A DNA stretch of 64,000 nucleotides, from assembly GCA_964016885.1 (NCBI GenBank), contig OZ024741.1:400024001-400088000 (forward strand), in the 5' to 3' direction. Below the pieces are notes generated by a model. The model was not told where the DNA came from. It ran no database searches and saw only the letters and a program-made list of their open reading frames with translations. This DNA is from Eledone cirrhosa (taxonomy: Eukaryota). Of the stretch, positions 12,696 to 25,156 are shown piece by piece; positions within the stretch are counted from its first letter, which is position 1; every line of letters begins with the position of its first letter. The translations under genes were made by a program, and so were the position numbers.

Positions 12696-15454
12696 TCAGG
12701 TGTAGTTTTGGCGTATTTCGGGAAGCATGAGGGTTTTAAAGGATGCAGTGTCTTGGCAGCTAACAATTGACGCAGGCAGTTTGTTCCATGCTTCAGCAAC
12801 TCTGAGCGTGAAAAAATGTCTACGAAAGTCATGGGAGCTGTGCTGTTTTCTGATCTTGTAGGCATGTCCACGTGTGTTAGACACATGGAGATCAAAGAGG
12901 CGCTCAGGGTTGCAATTGGCGAGATGGTTAAAAACTTTGTGGGTATTCACCAAGTCCATTGCCAGACGTCAGAGCTTCAATGAATCCATGCTCAGGGAAG
13001 CAAGGCGTTCAGAGTATGGTAGGTGTCTGATGGAGGGTATGCGCTTGGTTGCACGTCTCTGAAGTTTCCAGGAGGTCAATGTTCTGAGCAAGATAGGGGT
13101 TCCAGACTGATGATGCGAATTCCAAGTGTGGTCGTACCATAGCTGTATACAGTTTTAAATAGATGGCTGGAGAGCGGCTAACAAAGGTCTTGCTGAGTGA
13201 TGCCAAGACGCCCTCGGCCTTCTTGACAATCTTAGAGACATGCTTTGTCCAACGCAAATCGTTGCTGACAGTAATGCCCAGGTCACGTTCACAAGAGGAC
13301 TTTTTGATATCAGTGTTGTGGAGGGAGTATGTGGACGCTGGATTTTTCCTTCCAAAATGCATGGTGGTACACTTGTCCACAGCCAGCTTCAGTTGCCAGT
13401 CTGTGATCCATTGCAGCATTGTGTCCAGGTCTGATTGTAGGAAAGAGTTGTAAATTTCAGGATCAGTCCTTTTGATTTCAAGGTACAGCTTGATGTCATC
13501 TGCATATTTTAGTACCGTGGCATTCTGTAAGTTGGCATCTATGTCGTTAATATATGCCACAAACAAAAGAGGACCAAGAACAGATCCCTGTGGTACACCA
13601 GATGAACTCTCATATGGTGAAGAATGCTGTCCTAGAACCGTGACTACCTCTTTTCGGCTGAGAATGAAGGGTTTCAACCAGTCGAAAAGATCATCCCTCA
13701 CACCCATTGCAGAGAGTTTTGCCATAAGTCTTTTGTGTGGCACAGAATTAAAAGCCTTAGCAAAGTCAAGGTAAACAACATCCACCCATGAGCCGCTGTC
13801 AGTGATCCAGGTGATGTCCTCAAGGAACTCGTTAAGCTGATCACAGCAGCTGGAGTTAGGGATAAATCCAAACTGTGAGGGCCGGATGAGGCTGTGAGAG
13901 CTCCAGAAGTTCCAAAGTGTTTCTCTGACACAGGATTCCATCAGTTTGGCCATACAGCTAGTAAGACTGACTGGACGATAGTTGACAGGTGACATGCGGT
14001 TGCCCTTTTTGAACAGGGGAATGACACTGGCAGTTTTCCACTGCTCCGGAGTAGCACCATTGTTGAGACAGTATTGAAAGAAGAAAGAAAGCTGGCGCAA
14101 AAGGAAATACCCGCCACGTTTGAGAAGCAGGTATGTCACACCATCAAGACCAGGGGAGGCATAGTTGCGCTTATTCTTAAGGTGACGTCGCAACATTGCA
14201 GGTGTAAATTCCATAGTTGTTATGGAATTTGATGTTAGAGATGGTGGAGATGGTACATTCTGGTTTTCAACCGTAAAAATACTTGCATAGCACTCAGCAA
14301 TGAGTTCTGCGCATTCCTTGGGATCGTCAGTGATCTGGCTTGTGTGGGGATTGCGAAGAGGACCAACTGGAGAGTGAGGTCTCTGCTTTGAATGAACATA
14401 TTTCCAGAACACCTTACTGTCAGGATTGGTTGCGATGCACTGTTCAAATTCAAGCACTGCCTTCTTTGTCACTTGCTCGAGATGGTTAGAAGATTTATTC
14501 CGCTTTTTTCTGTTGGCATCTGATCTATGCAGTTTATATTCCCGTTCAGCGTTCCGACGTTCTTTCCTGGCAAGTCGGACCGCTGAAGTTTCCCAGATTG
14601 CACTTTTGGGGTGGTTATTTTTCCGCTTCCGTGGCACTGATGCTGCACATGCTATCCATATTGAGTCCAGGATGCTCTGGAGTATAGAGTTCACATCTCC
14701 AGAGTTATACATCTCATGCCAGTTTGGGCGCTGTAGCTCAGTGCAGTACAAGTTCCAATCCGCCCTCTTCCAATCAAAGCAAACAGATTGGAGATGGCTC
14801 TGGTTTTTGTTGTTGCCCTCAAGTGCCAGATTGGCAATGATCATAGCATGATCAGAGTCGCCTAGAGGTTCCTCAGTAGTACAACTGATAACCACTTCAG
14901 GAGTAGTGGTGAAGATCAGGTCCAAAGTGTTGTCACCTCTTGTTGGAGAGGTGACTACTTGTGACCAGTTTGAGTCCAGCACAAGTTCAAGGAAATCGTT
15001 TGCGCCTTGTGGCCAACAAAAGGTTTCCCAATCGATCTCTGGATATATCACCTGCAATAAACACATAAGTGGCTGTTTTCTTGGCAGCAACTCTGAGGAT
15101 ATCGCAAAGCTGTGTGTCCTGATGGTAGTTTGGGGGGCGATAAACAACACCAAGCAGAAGTGTTGACATGGTCATACGTATGTCACAGAAAAAAAAAACT
15201 TCCTGTGATTCGTTCAAATCAACGCAAGGAATTACAGAAAAGTTTGAACGAACATAGACCATCACACCACCACCACGGCGGTTAATACGGTCCTTGCGGA
15301 AAAGGTTGTACCCAGTAATGCTGAAAACCCCATCACAGAGTAAGGAATGTGCCCATGTTTCCGTGACTGTGATGAAGTCAGGGTCGATGCTTCTGACGTA
15401 GGATTCGAACAGATGTATCTTGTTGCATAAACTGCGAGCATTTAAGGACAACAA
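12696..15454 (-). pseudogene. CR1 ORF2 (AP endonuclease plus reverse transcriptase), frameshifted near 15045 and 13065, one in-frame stop
   Basis: LNARSL/TETW/GGGV/YRPP/SDH; YLDFAKAF, GVPQGSVLGP, YADD; C-terminal TRGHAYK...FFTLRV...WNKLP. Confidence 0.92.
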
Positions 15455-15510
15455 TTTGTACCCTGCTCGCAGTTTATGATGGTGTGTAGAGGGTGGCAGG
15501 TTGTTCTGGT

Positions 15511-16734
15511 TTAGTTTCCCAGAGTTGTAGCAGTTTTTACATTGCCAGTTATTGTGGGTAGATCACACTCAGACCAGCTGGTATCTCTCTTCCACGTTTC
15601 ACCAGCCTTGACAAACCTCCAGATCTGCCCATCATCACGCAGACTAGAACTTTCATCTTGTGCTGAGTTCCGATTCAAGGAAGCTGCAGCACGTAGCTTT
15701 GGACGTACATGGGGTGGTAGGCCTGGGCGTGTTCGGAAGGTAATCCGATTTTCACGCCCAGCTTTAGCAGAGGCCAGATGATATGAGGTTGCCTCTGCGG
15801 GGTCGGAAAAAGACAGCCTGATGAGTCTGGGTTTTGGACCAGGTCGACCAAGGCGGAGAGCACCCTTTGGGGGAACACAGCCTAGGTCTTTGGCTGAACT
15901 GGCAGCAAATGCCTGAAGATCAGTCTTGTCCTCTGGTACCCCAATGGCAATCACTTCATGGGTAGCAGATTCCGCAGTCTTCAGTCTTTTCAGCAAGAGG
16001 TACAGGGAGATTCTTTAGCAAGGCATTCCGATAAGACCCCTCATTGTGGGGTCCTACCCGAATGCCTGCCTTTATTCCTGCAACTTCCCTTCTCAGAACA
16101 GAAATCATTAGTTGCAGTTCCGCAAAATCTGTACTGGTCGGTTGTTGTTGTTGCTGCTGCTGCTGCTGCCGTTGTTGGTGATGATGATGTTCCTCCACGG
16201 GAATGGCAGGGAAGGACACAGTCGCAGGTTGTTGCTGTTGTTGTTGGTGATGGTGATGTTCCTCTACGGGAATGGTAGGGGAAGACAGTCACCAGCTGTT
16301 GGTGTTGAGATGTACTGGGAGTGGAAGACATGGGTTGTTGTTGTTTCTGATGTTCTCCCACAGGAACAGCAGTAGAAGCCAGTGTCATAGGTTTTTGCCG
16401 TTGTTCAGTAACAATGGTAGAGGAAGACACAGTCATTGGTTTTTGTTGTTTTTCAATAACATTAGTGGCACACAGGTCAGACACTGAAAGGACCAGGATT
16501 TTAGCTGGACCATCTTCCATATTCCATCCATCATAGCATTATGATGTCTCTTTTTTTGGCCTGGGATCCTCCGGAAGCCTGTGGCGCATTGAAGGCAGAC
16601 AGAGATGCAACAGGTTCCACATTCGACCCAGCGATTACGGAACGAGTTTTCGGGTTCCGCACAGATATGTCAGATGTGATTTTCTGGGCAATGTTGTATT
16701 TTGGGACATTGACTGGTTTTGTCGCATATTTCAT
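15511..16734 (-). pseudogene. CR1 ORF1 remnant (polyQ stretch, RLG..PRLIRL RRM-like segment), broken into several frames
   Basis: ORFs 16531..16734, 16041..16520, 15956..16219 and 15511..15996 lie directly upstream of ORF2. Confidence 0.65.
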
Positions 16735-16981
16735 CGATGGATATCACCATCGCAATTTTGTTATTTCTACCCATCCGTAGAAAAACACAGAATGTAAACA
16801 ATATAGGTTTAGCGCACTTGATTACGATAGAAATAAAATGTCTGTTTGTTTGTGTATTTTGTTTCCGTTTTCCTAAATGTTGTGTGTGTAGAAGAGTCTG
16901 TGCATGTAAACAAATTAATATGCTGCGTAAGTTAAATGAAACGTACTGTAGAAGGCAGTTGTTTATTAACAGCGAGATAAC

Positions 16982-17013
<32 letters not shown>

Positions 17014-17499
17014 CCCCCTGATACTGCTTCTTTATAATAAACTTTCAATAATATTTTTTTTTTTTTTTTAAATTATTAACTTTCAGCTGCTAGTATATAT
17101 ATATATATAATTAAAAGGTGTATGTGGGTTAGAAGCGAAGTCAATGTTAAGAAATATTTTACCAATGTAATCTCACATAATATTAATTATCTAACATAAT
17201 ATTGAATCTATGAGATTTATTTCGAGAACAATACCTTAACATCAGTATGAGTGGCTGGTTACAGCTGGTTTAAACAGAAAGAGGTGAGAGAATTCTGGCC
17301 AGATACAGCCGGTTTAAATGCTAAAGAGTTAAAGCCCATTTCCCATGCTTGCTTGGGTTAGATAAGTTGTAAGTTGTCATAATATTCAAGTCAGGTGATC
17401 ATTCCTTACTCATACAGATCTGTGAAATAGGGGTTGTTTATAACCCCTATTTCACAGGTATATTGTTTACATGATAAAATGTTAAAGTGATATTATTAC

Positions 17500-17583
17500 C
17501 AGCTGATCAGGAGGTCGAGAGTCACAGCACAACGGGGATGACACTGGGCTATGTTTTGGAGGAGAATGGTCATCACAGACGAG
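17500..17583 (-). CDS. Host gene, coding exon 3 (LVCDDHSPPK...RPPDQL)
   Basis: Acceptor atttcag|, donor CTG|GTAATA; 84 nt, phase 0 to 0, open. Confidence 0.7.
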
Positions 17584-17752
17584 CTGAAATATTGACAAAA
17601 GACGAGGCAAAATTATGAATTATACAACGCTGGAGTTAAATACAGCTAAAAATGGCAACTACAATAATTCATTAATATAGTAATGTTGGTTTTAGAGGGA
17701 AATTGGAGTTACTGAAATATTCATTAATTAAAATGGCAATCTACTGCAAATA

Positions 17753-17950
17753 TACTAGGGTTGGTTGAAAGGTTCATAGGCTGACTATGAAAAAAATGAT
17801 GCTAGAGCTGTGAAATCGTGCATGCCTTAATTTCAACTCTTAATAACTACATTATTTCTTTCCAGGGACAATGTTGAAAAAATAAACCTCATTTGGTCAT
17901 TCCATGAGAGTATCTTGGTCAGTCTATGAACTTTTCAGTCGACCCGTGTA
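17753..17950. mobile_element. Mariner-type MITE
   Basis: TIRs tactagggttggttgaaaggttcataggctgac / gtcagtctatgaacttttcagtcgacccgtgta; TA flanks. Confidence 0.8.
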
Positions 17951-17980
17951 TACACACACACACACATACATACACACATA

Positions 17981-18587
17981 ATGGCTGCCCCCTCGTTATC
18001 GAGTATGGCCATTGCACGTTATACCATTATTAATAATTATTAATTAATTCTATCGTGCAAGGCCTGTGCGTGAAGATATTTTTTAAAGTGAGGACAGACT
18101 GTGCACTGAGCCAATCCCACTCTCTGAGCGACAGTAGCTATAACCCGAAAAGAAGAAAAGATCAACATCATCGGTAACTACTGAGCTGCAGGTTTTATAT
18201 CGGAGTTACCCCAGTTTCCTGAGTTGCCTTCTCCTAGAAGAAGGCCCTGACAAAGGCTAAGGGTCCTTCACTCCCAGTGGTTTAACTGCGCAATCGGATC
18301 TCCAGCCCGACTTTTTCTATGTCCCCGCGCATATACATACACATGCTCCCATGTATATACACATATACATACATATGTACATGTGTATATACATATTTAC
18401 ACACTTTTGGATGGGCGTTGACTCTTCTGCCCTTTGTCAGGTTTTGTTTTTTGTCCTGCAGGGTGTCCAAAATCACCCTCCTCACCAAGTAAACTTGGTG
18501 GGGTTGCCGATATAGTCACCGGAACCCGGCGATGCGACAGGTTGTACTGGGTTACATGGTCCAGTAGCACTCAAGAGTGACCCAACA

Positions 18588-18588
<1 letters not shown>
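17981..18588 (-). mobile_element. Bipartite non-autonomous RTE derivative (5' UTR joined to 3' tail), diverged copy
   Basis: GGAGAAGGCAACTC RTE 5'-UTR motif; tail shared with 41347-41382; homologous to the 45891 and 60416 copies. Confidence 0.7.
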
Positions 18589-18643
<55 letters not shown>

Positions 18644-18829
18644 TATTTATACATATCACAGTATATGTTAGAAGATCTAAAATAAATTTAATGTAGATAT
18701 AACTACAGTTTTTAAATTGAGTCTATAATTCTGCCTAGAGGAAACTTCGATATCTATATCAAACACAGTAGAATTTAACTGAAATGGAAATCTATATATA
18801 CACAGACACGCACACGTATGTGTGTGTGC

Positions 18830-19150
18830 CATTGTGAAGGTATGTGGCTTATAATCATCAGGTTGTGAGTTTGATTCCCAGCCCGGGCGATGTGTTGTGT
18901 CTGAGTAAGACACTTTACTTCACATTGCTCCAGTTTACTCAACTGTAGAAATGAGTTGTGAAGCCACTGGTGTTAAGCTGTATCACCCATTGCCTTTCCC
19001 TTGAACAACATCATATAGTGTATATGCAGAGTATAGAGTGTGTTGTGATGTCATAGGCCAGTGCCAATCTCTTGAACAACATCAGTGGTATGGAGAGGGG
19101 AGACTGGTATGCATGGGTAACTGCTGGTCTTCCACAAAAAACTTTACCTC
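18830..19150 (+). mobile_element. tRNA/CORE-like SINE, second family
   Basis: Same family as 40381-40708. Confidence 0.65.
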
Positions 19151-19266
19151 AGATGGGGCAAAAAAACGGCGGCGGTGGCCTCGACGACAACGACACTAGT
19201 GGTGACCCAACAACCCATTATAGGTTACACATACTTATTCAAATTATATTTTGTGATCAAACCTAC

Positions 19267-19373
19267 CTTTTTACAGATCTTATTGGTACCTTCAAGCTTT
19301 TTAAGGAAACTCTCAAATTCAGCAAACATGTGATTATTTGCTTGAAACTTTGGTAATTGTAAATATGGTGAAC
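19267..19373 (-). CDS. Host gene, coding exon 2 (GSPYLQLPKF...NKICKK)
   Basis: Acceptor tttttccaaactcccaag|, donor AAG|GTAGGT; 107 nt, phase 1 to 0, open and in frame with exon 1. Confidence 0.75.
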
Positions 19374-19476
19374 CTTGGGAGTTTGGAAAAATAAGACAAA
19401 CAAAAGAGAAAAAGAGAGAAATTTAATTAATCATCCATCAAGATATATATATATACAAAGATTTACAGGGAAAAAT

Positions 19477-19960
19477 CATCATCATCACCACCGTTTAACA
19501 GCCATGTTTCCATGCTAGCATGGGTTAGATGAGTTGTCCTGTTGTGAGCAAATGTCAGGTCAGATAACCAGGTTTTGCTCATACAGAACCGATTTGGGCT
19601 TTGCTTCTATGGCAAGATGCCCTTTCTAACACCAACCTCATTTACTGTGAGTACTGGGTGCTTTTTGTTGTGATTTCTACGGGACCACTTTACAGTGTGG
19701 GCTGGGTGCTTTTTGTCGTGACACCTACACAACCACATTACAGTGTGGGCTGGGTGCTTTTTGTCGTGACACCTACACAACCACTTTACAGTGTAGGCTG
19801 GGTGCTTTTTGTTGTGTTACCTACACAACCACTTTACAGTGTGGGCTGGGTGCTTTTTGTTGTCACCTACACAACCAATTTACAGTGTGGGCTGGGTGCT
19901 TTTTGTTGTGTCACCTACACAACCACTTTACAGTGTGGGCTGGAGGCTTCACTAGATGTA
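19477..19960 (-). mobile_element. RTE-type 3' tail with about six tandem 48-bp units
   Basis: Unit cactttacagtgtgggctgggtgctttttgtcgtgacacctacacaac. Confidence 0.8.
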
Positions 19961-20589
19961 TGCTTCAGTCTATCCTATAAAAATCACAATAGTGTAACTA
20001 ATGACTGAAGAACATTGTTACAGCCACCCCTCCCCCCTATGTAGTAGGTTTAGCTGGCCTCCAACAAGGTTTCTTGGGTGTTTTGAAGACATGTCTAGCC
20101 CTATCATGGAAGGTAACATAATATGAAGATGGCCAATTGAGGAATCAAAGCCACAACCATATCAATACGAGTTCAATTCACTAACCACTAGGTCACAGGC
20201 AACCCTTTTGATACCAAACTGCCAGTCGCTAGTCTTATGATCAATCGAAATGATCAACAAGATCCCAGACCTCATTCCCTTACAGAGTTGGGTCGAACTT
20301 GGCAAATTGGACCAAGGAAACTGTTTCCATTGGTCTTTCCATGACCGAGACTATCTACCGAGTTGGGTAGAACTTGTCAGATCAGACCTAGGAAACAATG
20401 TTTCCTGTTGATACTATCTACTGGTCATAAATCCTGGCAGAAAGAGCAACGTGAAATAAAGTGTCTTGCTCAAGGACATAACGCATCGCCTGGTCCAGAA
20501 TTCAAACTCAACCTCACAATTGTGAATCCAATTCACTAACCTCTAAGCCTTGTGCCTTTACAAAACTGTTTTATAGAATTTATATTACA

Positions 20590-20742
20590 ACGCAAACAAT
20601 ACAGTACAATGAAGAAATATATTAGTTTAACACTTGATATTATTAAGAAAACATTTCAGACACTAGTCCTTTATCAGAAAATAGAAAAGATGAAAAAGAA
20701 AGATGGAGAGTGAGAAGAGGCAGAAATACATGTATTCAGTCA
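20590..20742 (-). mobile_element. Minimal-hammerhead repeat, copy 2
   Basis: Minus strand CTGATAA-AGGAC TAGT GTCT-GAAATGTT at 20677-20650. Confidence 0.55.
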
Positions 20743-21257
20743 TATATATATATATATATTTTTATTAAAATAACAGATTAAAGTTTAAGCAAAGAATCGC
20801 TGCTTTCACCCTTAACGGGATCTTCTGAAACTAACAAAGTCAATCTGTGAAAGCAGAAGTGGATATTTCAAAAAACGTTGCAACTGGAGGAAGACAGGAA
20901 GACGATACTTTGGTTCGTGGAAACGTTCGCTGGCAAAGAACGGGAAAAAACGAATATAATACGTAATTAATAGGAGCGGTGAAAAACAATTACGCGCAAA
21001 GACGTAACAACGTTTATGGTATGAAAGAAGTCGTAGACTAATGTTCTCTTAGGTGGTTCGTAGAGACGTTCTCCGGCAATGAACGGAAAAAATGAAGATA
21101 ATACGTCATATGTGGAGCGTAAATGGTATAACTGAAGTCGTAGACTAAAATTCTAACTAGGAAACCGAATGATTCTCGGCTTCTGAGTTAAGAATAAAGT
21201 AAATAAATTAGAGGTAATTGAAATTAAATAAATACATACACGCATCCAAATACGTAC

Positions 21258-22687
21258 GTTTGGCCCCTCTTGCACTGTGGAACAATTCTTTCGCGGTGAT
21301 TGATTGGTTCAACGGCATATGCAACAAGGAACATTGCCGTTTTATCCAATTCGACATCAATAATTACTATTCCTCTATCACTTTACCACTTCTTAGAGCT
21401 ATCAATTTCGCTAAAACACTCACAGTGGTTAAGGATTTCGAAGTTGATGTCATCCTCAATGCCCAAAAGTCGGTGATTAATTTCGACGACTATTTGGATA
21501 AAAAAAAATCTAATAGTACTCCATTCGACGCGAGTATGGGCGCCAGCGATTCCGCGGAGGTTACAGATCTTATCGGCCTTTTCCTTCTTTTCTCTATCAA
21601 GGAAGAATTTCCCAACGTGGGCGGTGGTTTATACCGTGATGATGGTCTTTTGACCATGACTAAGTGCGGCCCACGTGCTTGCAACAGGTTCAGAAAAGAA
21701 CTCACAGCCTTCTTTAAAGGCTTCAACCTCTCGGTCGTTAATTACCTCAACGTTACCCTCAATTTATCGAATGGCTTGCATTACTCATATAGAAAGCCGA
21801 ATGATACGCTTAATTACATAAGTAAGCATTCTAACTATCCTGCCAGCATAACGAAGAACCTGGTAGCATACGTTTCTTTGAGGCTTTCCTGTCTATCTAC
21901 TAACGAGCATATTTTCAATGACCATTCCACATATTACAATGAAGCTCTTGCTCGGAGTGGATTTGTCGATAAGGTAGCTTATACAGAGTACGAGAATAGA
22001 CCTAGAAGAAATAGATCCCGTCGCATTATATGGTATAACCCACTATATAATATGGAGGTGACCACACCATTAGCTAAGATCTTTCTCTCCCTTATTATGA
22101 AGCATTTTCCCCCTACACATAAATATAGTAACATTTTTAATAGAAATACTATTCAAATTTCTTACTCTACGACTCCTAACCTTGCACATAACATCACAGC
22201 TTCAAATTTAGCTAAACTACCTAGCCGTAGGAACACGTGCAACCCTGTAGTTAGTGCTAACTATAATTGTAGGAATCGGGTTGACTGCCCCCTATCCGGG
22301 AAATGCCTCTACAAATGTAAGGTTGAAACACCCACGTCCCATAGGGCCTACATAGGGTTAACCGCCAATAGATTCAAGCAGCGTCTTTACATGCATACCC
22401 ATTCTTTTCGTTACCCTCTAAAAAGGAATATGATGTCACTTTCAGCTTATATCTGGAGTCTAAAAGACAACCACACCCAATATAAGTTACACTGGGAGAT
22501 CCTAGCTAGAGCTAGATCGTATAACGGAAATAAAAGACCATGTGACCTCTGTGCCGCTGAGGCCCTGGAAATACTCTACGCCAAAGACCACATCTTAAAC
22601 AAAAAATCTGAGGCAATTTCGGCTTGTAAACATAAATTGCACAAAACTTTCCTGTATTACAGCCCCAGATTATACCCTAACGGATAG
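21258..22687 (+). pseudogene. PLE RT plus GIY-YIG endonuclease, N-terminally truncated (the first ~14 codons of the called ORF come from the inverted arm)
   Basis: FDINNYYSSI, YRDDG, IIWYNP, KHFP, CPLSGKC, YIGLTANRFKQR..H, CDLC..E, LNKKSE..CKH. Confidence 0.9.
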
Positions 22688-23673
22688 TACGAACTATACG
22701 CGGATATTTTACGTCTTGATGTGGTAGCTAAGTATATGTTATGTTTATACCATTACTTATTTGTATAGGTAAGTATATATTACCTGTATGTTTTGTGTTG
22801 GTACGTATACTTTCTCGTACGTATATTTGATTGTATATGTTATGGCGTATATATTATATATTCTGGTACATATGCTTTGGTTATGTGTATACTGGAGTTT
22901 TGCGTCTGTGTGTGTATGCGGGTTTGTACGGTTGTAGGGTGTGTGTATATGTGTACTTTGTGTTTTGGTTGACGTACGTCTCCGAACATGTGTATTTATA
23001 TGTAGGTATGTGTGTGCGCTTGTTATATACGTATTTATTTATTTCTATACGTTTATTTAATTATATGTATACACACACACACATATATATATATATTTTT
23101 ATGTGTATTTGGTGTATACATTCGTATGCGTGCGTGGGTTCTGTATGTGCGTGCAGGATTTTTTTGTTTTTTTTGTGTACGTCCGTGTATTTGTATACCT
23201 ATGGCGAGTGTTTTCGGCTATGCTTGTGTATGTACGTATTTGGATGCGTGTATGTATTTATTTCATTTCCATTATCTTTGTAATTTATTTACTTTATTCT
23301 TAACTCAGAAGCCAAGAATCATTCGGTTTCCTAGTTAGAATTTTAGTCTACGACTTCAGTTATACCATTTACGTGGTTTTGTCTTTGCGTGCAATTGTTC
23401 TCCCCGCTCCACATATGACGTATTATCTTTTTTTCCGTTCATTGCCAGAGAACGTCTATGAACCAACTAATAGAATATTAGTCTACGACCTCTTTTATAA
23501 CATAAACGCGGTTTTGTCTTTGCGTCTAATTGTTTTTCATCGATCCAAATAATGACGTATTATATTCGTTTTTTTCCCCTTCTTTGCCAGGGAACATTTC
23601 CACGAACCAAAGTATCATCTTCCTGTCTTCCTCCGGTTGCAACGTTTTTTTTAAATATTCACTTCTACGTTCA

Positions 23674-23747
23674 CAGATTGACTGTGTTAGTTTCAGAAGA
23701 TCCCGTTAAGGGTGAAAGCAGCGATTCTTTGCTTAAACTTTAATCTG
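23674..23747 (+). ncRNA. Type I hammerhead-like motif with variant core (copies at 20774-20847 minus and 42342-42412 plus)
   Basis: Stem I AGTTT/AAACT extended by CAGATTG/TAATCTG; CAGAAGA; stem II CCC/GGG; GAAA; stem III GCAG/TTGC; TT. Confidence 0.6.
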
Positions 23748-23846
23748 TTATTTTAATAAATGTTTGCTCTACGGTTCTTATATATTTGATATATATTTAT
23801 CCTTATCGAGCCCTCTTTGGATTTTAGTCTTCAAATTTATTATTAT

Positions 23847-23893
<47 letters not shown>

Positions 23894-23898
23894 CTCAC

Positions 23899-25156
23899 CA
23901 GGATGTTCAAAAAGGTTCTCCAGCACATGTGCAAGGGGTGATTGATTCAATACTGTTGTATAATCCTGATCATCAATATCTGTAAATAAATGTTTAACTG
24001 ATCCTTTCTTATACCAACTATCATCTGATCCATGATCTCCCTCAAAACCAGTCCCCAAATTCAAATGTTTGGGTGGGCTTCTATATTTTCTACCAGAACA
24101 AGAAGCTTCAAGTATTGCTGAATCATCTAATATAGGTGAGAAGTAAGTTTTATAGTGATGTGGATGGGGAAGTGGGTAATCCAAGTCTCTCACATCACTT
24201 AAACTGTTAACAGTAGGAGAGCAGGTCTGTCTAGATGATCGCATTGTAATGTTTGGACTTAGTACTTTATAAGGAGACGGAGACCTGACAGTGATGTTAG
24301 GACTGTTTAATATCACTTCGCTGAAACATGGACTCACAGTTTCGCTATTAAGTTTAGAAGGAGTTTGTAAAGGTGTAACATAAATTGAAGCATCTGACTC
24401 ATCCAGAGACTCATATTGTTCATCATTGGAATAGTCACTGACAGATTTCTGCTTTGGTTTCGACTTTCTCGGAGCAGATGAATTTGTGAAGTTCTTATTT
24501 TGTGCTTCTGGTGAAAGTTGTTTGTATTTTTTCTGAGTTGAATTAATTTGTGACTGGTAGTAATCTTTAGCAGTCATTTTCCGTGATTTAGGGGGTGATG
24601 CATTAGCTGTACAAGCTGTTTGCTTTCTATAAGGGTTTTTTTTAGTAGACCCATTGCAAATATTTGCCTTAGCTGATACATTCTGGATTTCTTTACTTGG
24701 AGGCAAAGCTATAACTTTCCGTGTTCTTCCAGCAGAAGAAATCTTGTTCCTGATATTCGTGTTAGTTTTCCTTCCACCTTGATTCCTTTGTACATTCTCA
24801 ATATCTGCCACAGTTGATAATTTTACAGCTTTATTATTATTATTATTGTTATTAATGTTTTCTTTGTTATGCTTCGCTGTGTTTGTTAACGAGATTGAAA
24901 AATTAATGTGTGCTTCGTTGAATGTGTCATTACCAAGATTTGAGTCATCAAGGGTGAAATCTTGGTACAGAATCCGAGCTGCGTTCAAGTCAACTTTCAC
25001 ACTAGGATCATCATCAATACTATCAATTCGAGCTCTGTTCAGTACATCTATTGAACCAACGCTGGAATCAATTGAGTTCAAAGTCATAGAACTAATATCA
25101 TACGTCAATGTACTGGCATCAATGCCACTATCATATCTTCCAGTGTGTTCTTCCAT
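23899..25156 (-). CDS. Host gene, coding exon 1 (Ser/Pro/Lys/Asn-rich, probably disordered; uncharacterised 587-aa protein)
   Basis: Non-repetitive ORF (23885..25180); ATG at 25156 in GCCATGG Kozak context; upstream acceptor ctttttctattgcag|G at 25279; donor G|GTGAGT after 23899 (phase 1). Confidence 0.8.

Larger units (their letters stand above)
12405..16982 (-). mobile_element. Near full-length decayed CR1-clade LINE inside a host intron, same strand as the host gene
   Basis: ORF1 remnants plus APE-RT ORF2; (TTA)n tail; duplicated 3' end. Confidence 0.88.
20761..23850 (+). mobile_element. Penelope-like element (Naiad type), 5'-truncated, with inverted pseudo-LTR
   Basis: 20761-21257 is the reverse complement of 23232-23760; RT plus GIY-YIG ORF between the arms; (TA)n on both flanks. 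Confidence 0.92.

Noticed and set aside
16465-16545. PHD finger in CR1 ORF1 (WSFQCLTC in one frame)
   Set aside because: The remaining ligands could not be assembled without arbitrary frameshifts
19650-19940. Regularly spaced 48-bp repeats resembling a CRISPR array
   Set aside because: No unique spacers, no cas genes, eukaryotic context; the unit derives from the RTE/SINE tail
22831-23338. Hydrophobic ORFs downstream of the PLE ORF
   Set aside because: Low-complexity TG/TA-rich 3' UTR sequence
21218-23760. Selenoprotein recoding or SECIS, as reported for some Naiad PLEs
   Set aside because: No in-frame TGA in the surviving ORF and no convincing SECIS seen by eye; the N-terminus is missing, so it cannot be fully excluded
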